Below the pieces are notes generated by a model. The model was not told the origin of the DNA and made no database searches. It saw nothing but the letters and a program-made list of their open reading frames with translations. This document shows, one piece after another, positions 9,288 to 18,022 of a stretch of DNA of 33,214 nucleotides. The number at the start of each line of letters is the position of its first letter. The stretch's first letter is position 1. The stretch covers positions 1 through 33,214 of the forward strand of contig CANPWT010000002.1 of NCBI GenBank assembly GCA_947584775.1, read 5' to 3'. This DNA is from an uncultured Clostridia bacterium. GTDB taxonomy: Bacteria > Bacillota > Clostridia > Christensenellales > UBA1242. The position numbers were made by a program, and so were the translations under genes.

Positions 9288-9353
9288 TTGACAATTGAAT
9301 ATATTTTCAACTATAATGTAATAATTGAATAAGCATTCAACTATAATAATATT
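9288..9353 (+). promoter_or_regulatory. cad operon promoter with a tandemly duplicated ArsR/SmtB-type operator plus -10 module
   Basis: TTGACA at 9288..9293. A 30-bp unit is duplicated (9294..9323 and 9324..9353). Each copy carries an inverted repeat (TTGAA-N6-TTCAA at 9295..9310; perfect TTGAAT-AAGC-ATTCAA at 9325..9340) followed by CTATAAT. Confidence 0.6.
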
Positions 9354-9363
9354 AGGAGGAATT

Positions 9364-9732
9364 ATGGGTAAATGCAAATGTTCGGCGTGCGATTGTAATG
9401 TTATTCATGCCGACAATGTAACGCAAGTTAAACAAAACATGCAAACTGAAGAAGTTTTGCTTGCCATGTCCGATTTTTACAAGGCGCTAAGCGATAGCAC
9501 GCGCATAAAAATTATAAACGCGCTAGATTGTAGCGAACTTTGTGTGTGTGATATTTCCGCGCTACTTAACATGACAAAATCCGCTGTTTCGCATCAATTG
9601 CAAAATTTAAAGGAAATGAATTTAATTAAAAGCAGAAAGCAGGGCAAAGAGGTGTTATATTCACTTGCCGACCAACACGTTTTACGCGTTTTTGAAATTT
9701 CATTAGAGCATGTTTTGGAGGATAAACAATGA
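9364..9732 (+). CDS. cadC: ArsR/SmtB-family metal-sensing repressor, CadC-like
   Basis: SD AGGAGGA precedes the ATG at 9364; the track start at 9325 is a non-ATG codon inside the operator. Cys-rich N-terminus (MGKCKCSACDC), ELCVCD metal site, and wHTH NMTKSAVSHQLQNLKEMNLI. ATGA overlap with the downstream ATPase. Confidence 0.85.
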   Translation: MGKCKCSACDCNVIHADNVTQVKQNMQTEEVLLAMSDFYKALSDSTRIKIINALDCSELCVCDISALLNMTKSAVSHQLQNLKEMNLIKSRKQGKEVLYSLADQHVLRVFEISLEHVLEDKQ

Positions 9733-11777
9733 AATATCAACTAAAAATATCTGGCCTAGATTGTCCAAACTGCGCACGCAAACTTGAAGAGGCTATCAAC
9801 AAATTAAAAGGTGTTAAAAATGCAAAAATAGAGTTTGTTAAAAACACCTTAACTTTTGAAAGCGAAAATTACACCCAGGCAAAGTTAGACATTATAAAAT
9901 TAGCAAAGGTTATGGAGCCGGATGCAAAAATAACCGAGCCAAACATAACAACAAAAACTAGCAACAAAAAACTAATTTTAAACATAGCGCTAATTGTTGT
10001 TGGCGTTGCAATTGGCGTGGTGCTGTATTTTGTTAAAATGCCTACTTGGTGCTATTGGACATTTTACATCATCAGCGCCTTACTACTCGGCTATAAAACA
10101 TATATTAAAGCAATAACTTTACTTTTTAAAGGCACAATTAACGAAAATATGCTTATAACACTATCGGTTATTGGCGCAACTTTTGTTAGCGAACACATGG
10201 AAGGCTTAATGGTAATTGCCCTTTATTCAATTGGTAAACTTTTTGAAGGCCTGGCAGTGGATAAATCGCGCAAAAGCATAGAAAAACTTGCCAAATTGCA
10301 GCCCGAATACGCATATGTTGTTTCGCCAGATGGCAGTGTAGTTCAAACCGAGCCCCAAAAAGTTAAAGTTGGCAACACAATTTTAGTAAAAGTTGGGGAT
10401 AAAGTTCCACTTGATGGCGAAATTCTATCGGGCGAAAGTTTTGTAGATATGCAAAGTTTAACGGGCGAAAGTGTGCCTGTAAAATTAAAAAAGGGCAATA
10501 AAATTTTATCGGGCTCGATTGTGCTAGATAGCGCGCTTACAATTAAAACCACAAAAGCGTACGAGAACAGCACAATTAGTAAAATTATGAACCTGGTGGA
10601 AAACGCCAGCCAAAACAAAAGCAAAACTGAAACATTTATTTCTAAAATTACAAAATGGTACACCCTGGGCGTGGTGTTGCTTGCCATATCTGTTTTTGGC
10701 ATTGTGTTTGCCGTAACAAAAGATTTTAACACGGCTTTTTACCGCGGACTTACATTTTTAGTTGTGTCCTGCCCATGTGCGTTTGCAATATCAGTGCCAT
10801 TGGCGTATTTTTCCGGATTGGGCAACGCTTCAAAACATGGTGTGTTAATTAAGGGCTCTAACTTTTTAGATGCCTGCGCAAAGTTAAATTTAATTGCCTT
10901 TGATAAAACCGGAACACTTACAACCGGCAAATTTAAAATTGAAAAGATTGATGTATTGGATAAAACTAAAACCAAACAAGACATTTTGTATTTAGCAAGT
11001 TTGGGCGAACAATATTCCATTCATCCGCTGGCAAAAGCAATAACGGCAGACTGCCATAAAAAATTAGAAAAAGTGGACGAGGTTAAGGAAATTGCTGGCT
11101 CGGGCGTGCAGTTTAAATATAATCAAAAAACATATTTTGTGGGCAGGCTAGATGATAGCCTCACCATAACTGCGGTTGAACTATATGAAAACAACACAAA
11201 AATTGGGCAAATAAATTTAACAGATTCAATAAAACACACCGCACCGCAAACCTGCCAAGAATTAAAAAATATGGGCATTAAAACGGTTATGCTTTCGGGC
11301 GATAACAATGAAATTGCCAAAACGGTGGGAGATAAGGTTGGCGTGGACGAGATTGTTGCAAAACTTCTTCCGCAAGATAAATATAATTACATCAAAACTT
11401 ATCAAAACAACAAATACCGCGTAGGCTATGTTGGGGACGGCATAAACGATGCACCATCGTTAACGCTTGCCGATGTTGGCATAAGTATGGGCATTAACGG
11501 CTCGGCTGTCAGCGTGGAAGCAAGCGATATTGTGCTGGTGGACGATAATCCAATAAAGATAATAGACGCAATTAAAATTTCAAAGTACACCAAAAAAATT
11601 GTAATAGAAAACATTGCCATTTCCGCCATTGTAAAAATAATATTTTTAACCCTAGGGGCGTTGGGCATAACCGGAATGTTGTTCTCGGTGTTTGCCGATG
11701 TTGGCGTAACTTTGCTTGCAATTTTTAACAGTATGCGCGCATTAAAATATAACCCTAAAAAAAACAAAAAAAATTAA
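9729..11777 (+). CDS. cadA: P1B-type heavy-metal (Cd/Zn/Pb-type) translocating ATPase
   Basis: N-terminal HMA domain with CPNC, CPC in a TM helix (VVSCPCAF), DKTGTLT phosphorylation motif, and GDGINDAP hinge. Confidence 0.92.
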   Translation: MKYQLKISGLDCPNCARKLEEAINKLKGVKNAKIEFVKNTLTFESENYTQAKLDIIKLAKVMEPDAKITEPNITTKTSNKKLILNIALIVVGVAIGVVLYFVKMPTWCYWTFYIISALLLGYKTYIKAITLLFKGTINENMLITLSVIGATFVSEHMEGLMVIALYSIGKLFEGLAVDKSRKSIEKLAKLQPEYAYVVSPDGSVVQTEPQKVKVGNTILVKVGDKVPLDGEILSGESFVDMQSLTGESVPVKLKKGNKILSGSIVLDSALTIKTTKAYENSTISKIMNLVENASQNKSKTETFISKITKWYTLGVVLLAISVFGIVFAVTKDFNTAFYRGLTFLVVSCPCAFAISVPLAYFSGLGNASKHGVLIKGSNFLDACAKLNLIAFDKTGTLTTGKFKIEKIDVLDKTKTKQDILYLASLGEQYSIHPLAKAITADCHKKLEKVDEVKEIAGSGVQFKYNQKTYFVGRLDDSLTITAVELYENNTKIGQINLTDSIKHTAPQTCQELKNMGIKTVMLSGDNNEIAKTVGDKVGVDEIVAKLLPQDKYNYIKTYQNNKYRVGYVGDGINDAPSLTLADVGISMGINGSAVSVEASDIVLVDDNPIKIIDAIKISKYTKKIVIENIAISAIVKIIFLTLGALGITGMLFSVFADVGVTLLAIFNSMRALKYNPKKNKKN

Positions 11778-11846
11778 AAAATAAATAAAATAGCAAAAAT
11801 TTAACAAAAAACAGCAAAAAATTAATAAATTTTTAAAAAATTTAAT

Positions 11847-11876
11847 AAAAAATTCCACTTTATTGTGGATTTTTTT
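11847..11876. terminator. Weak bidirectional terminator between convergent genes
   Basis: TCCAC-TTTATT-GTGGA flanked by an A-run and a T-run. Confidence 0.4.
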
Positions 11877-12369
11877 ATAGGTTTTTAAGAATAGATAAAA
11901 TATATTTTTGGCCGTCTTTATTGTATGTAACCACTTCATAAATTTGGCCATAAAAGTTTGGCTTTTTTATGTTGTAGATGCCATATTGTTTTGCTTTTGG
12001 CGTGGCAATAGTTTTACGCTTGCCGCCCTCAATTTTTTCCTCCAACAGGCCGTGCGCTTTTAAAAAATCGGTAATGGCTTTGTGTTTTGGCTTTTTCATT
12101 TCCGGGTATAACTCGGCAATTTTGTTAATTATATTGGTTAGGTTTAATTCGTTTTCATAACTAAATTCATTTTCCAAATTTGTTGGGCAAATAAACACAT
12201 TTTTAGTTAATTTTTCAGGCTTAATATTTTTTAAGTCATCGCAAATATTGTATAGGCTGCGCACAATTTTAGGGTCGTTCAAAATGCAATTTTCATCACA
12301 TTTTTCACCCGTAAAATAATTAATGCCGTTTGCTAAGGCTTTTAAAATTTTAATTTGTTCTTCAAACAT
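11875..12369 (-). CDS. Hypothetical protein (164 aa from the MFEEQ start)
   Basis: ATG at 12369 is preceded by SD GGAGTG. The track start at 12396 is a non-ATG codon overlapping the TATAAT. No recognisable motifs. Confidence 0.7.
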   Translation of the reverse strand: MFEEQIKILKALANGINYFTGEKCDENCILNDPKIVRSLYNICDDLKNIKPEKLTKNVFICPTNLENEFSYENELNLTNIINKIAELYPEMKKPKHKAITDFLKAHGLLEEKIEGGKRKTIATPKAKQYGIYNIKKPNFYGQIYEVVTYNKDGQKYILSILKNL

Positions 12370-12477
12370 ATTCACTCCGCTATTATTATAATTCAAAATT
12401 TTTGTGTTGTAAAGGGGAAAATTTAAAATTTAGTTTAAAACACAATATTTTGTTAAACATTTAACCAAGGAGATATT

Positions 12478-13287
12478 ATGAACCCATTAGATGTACAAAC
12501 AAAAGAAGTTGATGAAAACAATATAAATTTTAACAAAATGTACCCAAAAGCGTACAACAAAAAAACCACTGGTCCGTACACTAAAACGCGCGTTATTCTT
12601 TTAAACGGCACGGAGTATGAAAGCGTGTGGTTTTTGCATCAATTTGCCCGCCACACAAATAATGACGAAATAAAAAACGCCATAGCGGTGGTGCGCAACC
12701 AAGAGCAACAGCAACAAAAGCGCATCGCCTGCCTAAAACCACTAAACGAAAGCATTTTAGAAACCACTATTGCCTACGAGCAGTTGGCAATAGATCTAAC
12801 TGCAACGCTTGCCCAAAACGATAGCGACAGCAACAACAAACAAGCCCTAAATTTTGCCTTGCTTGAAGATTTTGACCATCTTTATAGGTTTAGCAATTTA
12901 ATGATGTTAGATGTTAAAGGCGCTGACCCAAGTTTTTTGGTAGGGCAGTTTACCGAAATTACGCCAGGCAGGCCAACATTGGCGCATTATCGCTACCCAA
13001 TGGACAATGTTAAAAGAGCAATGAACGCAAAAAAGGCGGATTTATACACCAAACTTGTGGCAAACATAATCACCGCCGCCGAACAGCAAACGATGAATTA
13101 TTATATGAATATCAGCCAGTGGTATAAAAACGATTTAGGCCGAAAATTATACGCCGAAATTGGCATGGTGGAAGAAGAACACGTAACGCAGTACGAAAGT
13201 TTAAAAGACCCAAACCTAACCTGGCTTCAACTTTGGGTTTTGCACGAATACACCGAGGCGTATTTGTATTATAGCGCTTACTTGTAG
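12478..13287 (+). CDS. Ferritin-like (diiron-carboxylate type) protein, N-terminal 269 codons, ending at an in-frame TAG
   Basis: SD AGGAG. Helix-type motifs LEDFDH and VEEEH are spaced as in four-helix-bundle diiron proteins. The reading frame continues into 13333..13722. Confidence 0.75.
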   Translation: MNPLDVQTKEVDENNINFNKMYPKAYNKKTTGPYTKTRVILLNGTEYESVWFLHQFARHTNNDEIKNAIAVVRNQEQQQQKRIACLKPLNESILETTIAYEQLAIDLTATLAQNDSDSNNKQALNFALLEDFDHLYRFSNLMMLDVKGADPSFLVGQFTEITPGRPTLAHYRYPMDNVKRAMNAKKADLYTKLVANIITAAEQQTMNYYMNISQWYKNDLGRKLYAEIGMVEEEHVTQYESLKDPNLTWLQLWVLHEYTEAYLYYSAYL

Positions 13288-13332
13288 GAAAAAGAAAAAA
13301 ATATTAAAGAAATTTGGCACGAGCATTTCCTT

Positions 13333-13722
13333 ATGGAGTGCGCTCACCTAAAATTGGCGTGCAAATTGCTAAAAAAGTTTGAAAAAACCAACCCAAGCGC
13401 TGTAATTGGCGATGGAGAATTCCCGCTTCTTTTAAAATTGGGCACAAATAAAGAGTATGTCCGCGATGTTTTAAATAGAACGGTGCTTTTAACGGGGGAT
13501 AGGCAAAGTTATATCGATGTTATGAAATTAAAACCAAACGCCGATTTCTTTTTGTATCAAAACGAAATGATACCAGACGAAAAGAATATCGCAAGCCATA
13601 AAGTTATTGAAGAAGTTATTAAAATTCATGGCAAAGATTATCGCTTTGAAGACAAATTAAACCCAATAAAAGCGCTTCAAAACCGCAAAAAGGATAATAT
13701 AAACCTCGCCCGCAAACAATAA
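13333..13722 (+). CDS. Same-frame continuation of the ferritin-like gene (no SD of its own)
   Basis: Same frame as 12478..13287. Codons 13288..13332 are open (EKEKNIKEIWHEHFL). No SD precedes the ATG at 13333. Confidence 0.55.
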   Translation: MECAHLKLACKLLKKFEKTNPSAVIGDGEFPLLLKLGTNKEYVRDVLNRTVLLTGDRQSYIDVMKLKPNADFFLYQNEMIPDEKNIASHKVIEEVIKIHGKDYRFEDKLNPIKALQNRKKDNINLARKQ

Positions 13723-13822
13723 TGGCAAATATAGGCCTAATTTTTGCTTCATTTTAATATGCGCAAATAGACAAGTTTAACACTCTAGTTACATTTGCAT
13801 ATAATGTGGTGAGGAGAAAAAG

Positions 13823-14356
13823 ATGAACTGTTTTAATTCTAACTATCCTTTAAAGGGATGTTGCAAAAATTTCCCACCTCAAAAACCAAATTCATATTCA
13901 CAAATCATTTTGCAGCCCGGTCAAATTGGCCCAACCGGCCCAACCGGTCCTACCGGCCCCGCGGGTGCAAGCGCAATTAATACAACCGCATTTTTCACCG
14001 CACCACGCGTGGTTAATGCCGAGCCAACTTTGTTGCTGGAAAATTCTTACCCAACCGAACAAACGGACATAACTTATGCAGGCGCAAACACAATAAACAT
14101 TGCACCAGGCACATATTTAATGCGTTTTGGCTCTACGGTTACAAGTTCCAACGGCACATTGCCAACAATTTCAATTTCGGTCAACAACCTGGTTGAAAAT
14201 GGCACAATAAGAACAGGTGTTGCGTTTGGCTCGTCCAATTTAACAGGGGACGCATTAATTACAATCCCAACAGAGTCAGTGTTGTCGTTTAATGTTACGC
14301 CGGCGGCAGAATTAACTTATGATGAAAACTTTTTAATCATAACCAGGCTTGGCTAA
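13823..14356 (+). CDS. Collagen-like triple-helix-repeat protein, BclA/exosporium-like
   Basis: SD GAGGAG. GPTGPTGPTGPAG collagen triplets follow a Cys/Pro-rich N-terminus. The C-terminal domain of about 130 aa is beta-rich. Confidence 0.8.
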   Translation: MNCFNSNYPLKGCCKNFPPQKPNSYSQIILQPGQIGPTGPTGPTGPAGASAINTTAFFTAPRVVNAEPTLLLENSYPTEQTDITYAGANTINIAPGTYLMRFGSTVTSSNGTLPTISISVNNLVENGTIRTGVAFGSSNLTGDALITIPTESVLSFNVTPAAELTYDENFLIITRLG

Positions 14357-14363
14357 CAAAAAT

Positions 14364-14386
14364 CCACGGGCAATCCGTGGTTTTTT
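14364..14386 (+). terminator. Rho-independent terminator
   Basis: CCACGG-GCAAT-CCGTGG followed by T6. Confidence 0.85.
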
Positions 14387-14627
14387 ATTATGAAATCTTA
14401 ATTTAATTTGGTATTTATGCCTATTTATCACCGAACGATTTTCAGCCTTTCTAAAACGCAAATTTGCTGGCAAAATTTGAACCGCTTTACACAAACATCA
14501 TCGTTTTATTTTCAAATGTGCTTAATCAATTTGAATTTTAAATTGCTAAATTTTAAAGTTTTCGAGGCAAATCAATTTAAAACTACGTCCTACTCATTTA
14601 TATAACAAAAGCACCCAAAAAATGTTT

Positions 14628-15698
14628 TTAATTTAATATTGGCTCGGTTATAGTTATTGTAAGTTTATCAAAATCCACTTTCGTTTTGGCGTCATATGGC
14701 ACAATGCATCTTGGCACGGCATGGCCAAAATTTACATTGTATAAAACCGGGGTAGACAAATCGGCAAAAACCTTTTTGTAAACAAGTTTGTATTCCTCGT
14801 AATATTTTTCATCCATTGGTTTGCCAACAATAACGCCTTGCACCAAACTTAAAATATTTTTTTCTTTTAGCAGTTGCAACATCTCTTCCAATTTTTTAGG
14901 CTCAGGGCAAGACTCACTTGTTTCAATGAATAAAATTTTTTGTTTCCACTCGCTTTCAGTTGGCATAATTTTATATTTTTTGTAAATTTCCGCCTCAACG
15001 CTACTCCTAATGCCGGACAGGGCATAATAAATAATATCCAAACATCCGCCATATAACTTGCCCGTAGCAACTCCGCCACCATTTAAGCATTCAAATCCGT
15101 GCTGCTCTTTGTGAGATAAGCGCGGCTTGTTTAGTTCACTTTCAGCATAACTTGCGCGGTCGCTATACCAAATTGGGCTGGATTGTATAATAAACTCCTT
15201 TTCACGACCAAAAAACTTCAAAAAATATTCCTTTGTGTAAGGCAACATTTCCTTATCTAGTTCGGCAATGTCCACCATAAAGCATGGGCCGTAAAAAGTG
15301 CTTAAACCTAATTTGTTTAACATCAAATGAGTGTTGGTTGTGTCGGAAAAACCGGTAAAAATTTTAGGGTGGGTTTTAACCGCCTTTTTAAATTCCGCAT
15401 CCTCCATAAGATATGGTATGGTTTTGTAACTATCATCACCACCTATTGCGGTTATAATTGCTTTTATGCTGTCGTCCATAAACGCTTGCTTTAAATCTTG
15501 CGCGCGCTTTTGCGGATTTTGGGAAATAAAATCAATCCCCTTTAAGGCGTTTGGCATAAAAACCGGCTCTAAGCCCATTTCCTTTAACCTTTTAATGCCT
15601 AAATCCAACTCATGCTTGCAAAATGGCATGCCCAACAATCCAGCGGACAGGCTAACAATTGCAATTTTATCTCCTTTTTTTAAGGCTTGCGCTTTCAT
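14628..15698 (-). CDS. S66-family LD-carboxypeptidase (MccF/LdcA-like)
   Basis: Start MKAQALKKGDKIAIVS with SD GGAGGGAG; the longer track ORF runs through the SD. GFSDTT serine nucleophile motif, with His and Glu in the C-terminal half. Confidence 0.85.
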   Translation of the reverse strand: MKAQALKKGDKIAIVSLSAGLLGMPFCKHELDLGIKRLKEMGLEPVFMPNALKGIDFISQNPQKRAQDLKQAFMDDSIKAIITAIGGDDSYKTIPYLMEDAEFKKAVKTHPKIFTGFSDTTNTHLMLNKLGLSTFYGPCFMVDIAELDKEMLPYTKEYFLKFFGREKEFIIQSSPIWYSDRASYAESELNKPRLSHKEQHGFECLNGGGVATGKLYGGCLDIIYYALSGIRSSVEAEIYKKYKIMPTESEWKQKILFIETSESCPEPKKLEEMLQLLKEKNILSLVQGVIVGKPMDEKYYEEYKLVYKKVFADLSTPVLYNVNFGHAVPRCIVPYDAKTKVDFDKLTITITEPILN

Positions 15699-15826
15699 AC
15701 TCCCTCCACTTTCATTATACCACACCCCGCCCCGCATTTCAAACAAATTCTCCATCCCCATTAAAAAATTAATTTATATTTTCAACGAATAAAGGAATGT
15801 AATAGGTGGAATTTTATAAAGTTTTA

Positions 15827-15835
15827 TGATATAAT
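15827..15835 (+). promoter_or_regulatory. Extended -10 (TGaTATAAT) positioned 6 nt upstream of the ATG at 15842; candidate leaderless start
   Basis: TGATATAAT-AAAATT-ATG, with no SD. Confidence 0.5.
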
Positions 15836-15841
15836 AAAATT

Positions 15842-16540
15842 ATGGAAAAGGTAATTTATATAAAAAATAGGCAAAATGTAAAAATGGCGGTCAAACTTAA
15901 TGTTTCGCCAGAACGCAAAAAATGTGCTTTTTTAGAGCATGGGCTTAGTGCAAGAAAAGAATATCCACACATGAAAGTGTTGGAAGAATATTTCGCGAAG
16001 AACGGATATAACGTGGTGAATATTGACGCTACAAATTCTTTGAATGAAAGTGGTAAAACAAAGGACGGAATAACATTTACGGGTCATTATCAAGATTTGG
16101 AAGATGTAATCGAATGGGCTAAAACGCAAGATTTTTATAAAGAGCCTTTTGCTTTGGCAGGTCAATCTCTTGGCGCGTCTGCAAGTCTTTTATTTGCAGG
16201 AACATATCCACAAAAAGTCAATTTGCTAATCTTGGCGGCTTTTCCTTGGCTTGATGGCGAAAAGGACGCCCTTCAAAATAAGCGAAGGAAAGATATTCTT
16301 GAAAAGGGCTACTATGACCAACTTTCAAAAAGCACAGGTAAAGTTTTAAGAATATATAAAAATTATTTAGATGATTTAGCAAAATGGAATTTGGCTCCTT
16401 ATGCCGAAAACATTGTTGCAAACACGTTCATTGTAACAGGAACAGAAGATAGCGAGTGGCACAAAGACAACGCACAACAGCTTTTCAATATTCTAAATTG
16501 TAAAAAAGAATTAACTTTCTTGCCAGGTGTTTCCTCATGA
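15842..16540 (+). CDS. Alpha/beta hydrolase, apparently frameshifted near the 3' end
   Basis: GQSLGA nucleophile elbow. The ORF ends at TGA 16538, but the +1 frame continues as HDLANTPETEKEF.. to TAA 16629..16631, which overlaps the next ATG. Confidence 0.8.
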   Translation: MEKVIYIKNRQNVKMAVKLNVSPERKKCAFLEHGLSARKEYPHMKVLEEYFAKNGYNVVNIDATNSLNESGKTKDGITFTGHYQDLEDVIEWAKTQDFYKEPFALAGQSLGASASLLFAGTYPQKVNLLILAAFPWLDGEKDALQNKRRKDILEKGYYDQLSKSTGKVLRIYKNYLDDLAKWNLAPYAENIVANTFIVTGTEDSEWHKDNAQQLFNILNCKKELTFLPGVSS

Positions 16541-16630
16541 TTTGGCAAATACGCCAGAAACAGAAAAAGAATTTAGAAAATGCTTGGATAATATTTTTGC
16601 AAATATCGATAAAATCCAAAAGGAGTTTTA

Positions 16631-17485
16631 ATGAAAATTATTGATGTTGTAACCAAAAGGGGAGATACTCTTTGTGGCTGTTGGTATGGCGAAAATTTTA
16701 GAAATACAATTGTTATAATTACAAATGGCACAGGCGGAAACATTTTTGAAAACAAATTTTTGCAAGTCGTTGGTGAGCAGTTAGAACTAAATGGCATTTC
16801 GTTTGTTTACGCACATAATTCTGGTGCTTTTCAAATAATAGACCTTCCGTCAAAAAGCAAAAATTTCAGTGGGTTGACTTTTGAAATGTTTGATAATTGC
16901 GTTGAAGATTTGCAGGCCTATGTTGATTTTGCAAAAGAACAAGGCTACAAGAAGATTATTCTTGGCGGACATAGTTATGGCTGCAACAAAGTTGTTTATT
17001 ATCTTTATAAAACAAAGTGCAAAGACGTTGACAAGTATATTTTACTCTCTCCAACGGACACTGAATATCATATTGAAGGCGAGGAAAAGTCTATTGCACA
17101 GTTTAATGATTACATTGCACAAAACAATCCAAAACAAGACGATATAATCCCTTTTTTGTTTGATAAATATAATTTTTTCACAACACGAACCTATTTAGAT
17201 TTTTTAAACAACTCTCATCACAAAAATCTGCCTGTTTATAGCAACAAAAAGCATTTCAATCAATTAAAGAGTATAAACATTGACGGTTTGTTTGTCATGG
17301 GGCAAAATGATGTTTTTGCTAAAAGAAATGGCAGAAATCACTTGCAAATAATTTTAGAAAATAGCAACAAAGAAGCAAACAACGAAGTGGAAGTTATTGA
17401 AAACGCGGGGCACGTTTATCGCCAGCACGAGCAAGATCTTGCCAAGGCTATAATAGATTTTGATAAAAACACAAATTGTAACTAA
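16631..17485 (+). CDS. Alpha/beta hydrolase
   Basis: SD AGGAG. GGHSYGC nucleophile elbow. C-terminal NAGHVY carries a candidate catalytic His. Confidence 0.8.
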   Translation: MKIIDVVTKRGDTLCGCWYGENFRNTIVIITNGTGGNIFENKFLQVVGEQLELNGISFVYAHNSGAFQIIDLPSKSKNFSGLTFEMFDNCVEDLQAYVDFAKEQGYKKIILGGHSYGCNKVVYYLYKTKCKDVDKYILLSPTDTEYHIEGEEKSIAQFNDYIAQNNPKQDDIIPFLFDKYNFFTTRTYLDFLNNSHHKNLPVYSNKKHFNQLKSINIDGLFVMGQNDVFAKRNGRNHLQIILENSNKEANNEVEVIENAGHVYRQHEQDLAKAIIDFDKNTNCN

Positions 17486-17531
17486 TTTAATGCTGAAAAA
17501 AATTTAAAAACTGCATGGCAAAAACTAGCGT

Positions 17532-17837
17532 TCAGTTTTCTAAATAGACAATTTTTTTGCAAAGCGTTTGCGCATATTTTATTTCAGATTTTGTGCTTTC
17601 GCCAATATATCCACCTTTGTTTATAACAAAAATTTCATCAGATATTTCAATTTTGCGTTTGTGTATTTTACTTAATAAATTTTTTATTTCTGCGGGAACG
17701 CTCGTTTTTTCAAATTCTTTTAAAAATAGCGGAGTTAAAACAACATTGCCCGCAATTGTTAATTTCAAGCAAATTTTTTCAAACTCATCCCTAAATTTTA
17801 TACTTCCACATAAAGTTATTATTTTTAATCTTTCCAT
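17532..17837 (-). CDS. Small Rossmann-like protein resembling the nucleoside 2-deoxyribosyltransferase-like superfamily
   Basis: The pattern IITLCGSIKF .. H..KI..SD.IFVIN..GYIGESTKSEIKYA is typical of that fold. The assignment is from memory of family patterns only. Confidence 0.55.
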   Translation of the reverse strand: MERLKIITLCGSIKFRDEFEKICLKLTIAGNVVLTPLFLKEFEKTSVPAEIKNLLSKIHKRKIEISDEIFVINKGGYIGESTKSEIKYAQTLCKKIVYLEN

Positions 17838-17843
17838 ATTTTT

Positions 17844-17871
17844 ATATTAACAAATAAACCACAAAATTCAA
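17844..17871 (-). promoter_or_regulatory. Promoter with an extended -10 placed 6 nt upstream of the ATG at 17837; candidate leaderless start
   Basis: On the minus strand: TTGAAT, 16 nt, TGtTAATAT, AAAAAT, ATG. Confidence 0.5.
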
Positions 17872-17924
17872 AATAGTTTACAACCACTCGCTAAATACTA
17901 CAACTTAAAATTTTTGTCAACCTA

Positions 17925-17953
17925 TTGATTTTTTTAAGATTATGTGATATAAT
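17925..17953 (+). promoter_or_regulatory. Promoter of the tyrS leader transcript
   Basis: TTGATT (17925..17930), a 17-nt spacer containing TGa, then TATAAT (17948..17953). Confidence 0.6.
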
Positions 17954-17973
17954 AATTGTGCATTGAGGGAATT

Positions 17974-18021
17974 ATGAAAAAATTATTTGCAAACACTTCA
18001 TATTATTACTACTACAAATAG
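17974..18021 (+). CDS. Tyr-rich leader peptide MKKLFANTSYYYYYK (15 aa)
   Basis: SD GAGGGA (17965..17970). Five consecutive Tyr codons TAT TAT TAC TAC TAC at 18001..18015, stop TAG at 18019. Located 237 nt upstream of tyrS. Confidence 0.75.
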   Translation: MKKLFANTSYYYYYK

Positions 18022-18022
18022 A

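Noticed and set aside
10343-11767. Several minus-strand ORFs inside cadA. Similar antisense or alternate-frame ORFs occur inside the giant gene, tyrS, the hydrolases, the ABC gene, addB and addA.
   Set aside because: These are shadow ORFs fully embedded in genes with strong motif support. None has an SD or recognisable motifs.
11742-11951. 69-aa minus-strand ORF, and 11978..12160 plus-strand ORF
   Set aside because: The first is a low-complexity translation of the AT-rich spacer and overlaps the 11875..12369 gene. The second is antisense to that gene.
13285-13287. TAG read as pyrrolysine, or a reassigned genetic code
   Set aside because: No pyl genes or suppressor tRNA are present in the window. 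TAG plausibly terminates the leader peptide and the YjzC-like gene. A nonsense mutation or error is the more economical explanation.
14408-14605. 65-aa ORF in the spacer after the collagen-like gene
   Set aside because: It has a non-ATG start and no SD, and lies in an AT-rich spacer between a terminator and a convergent gene.
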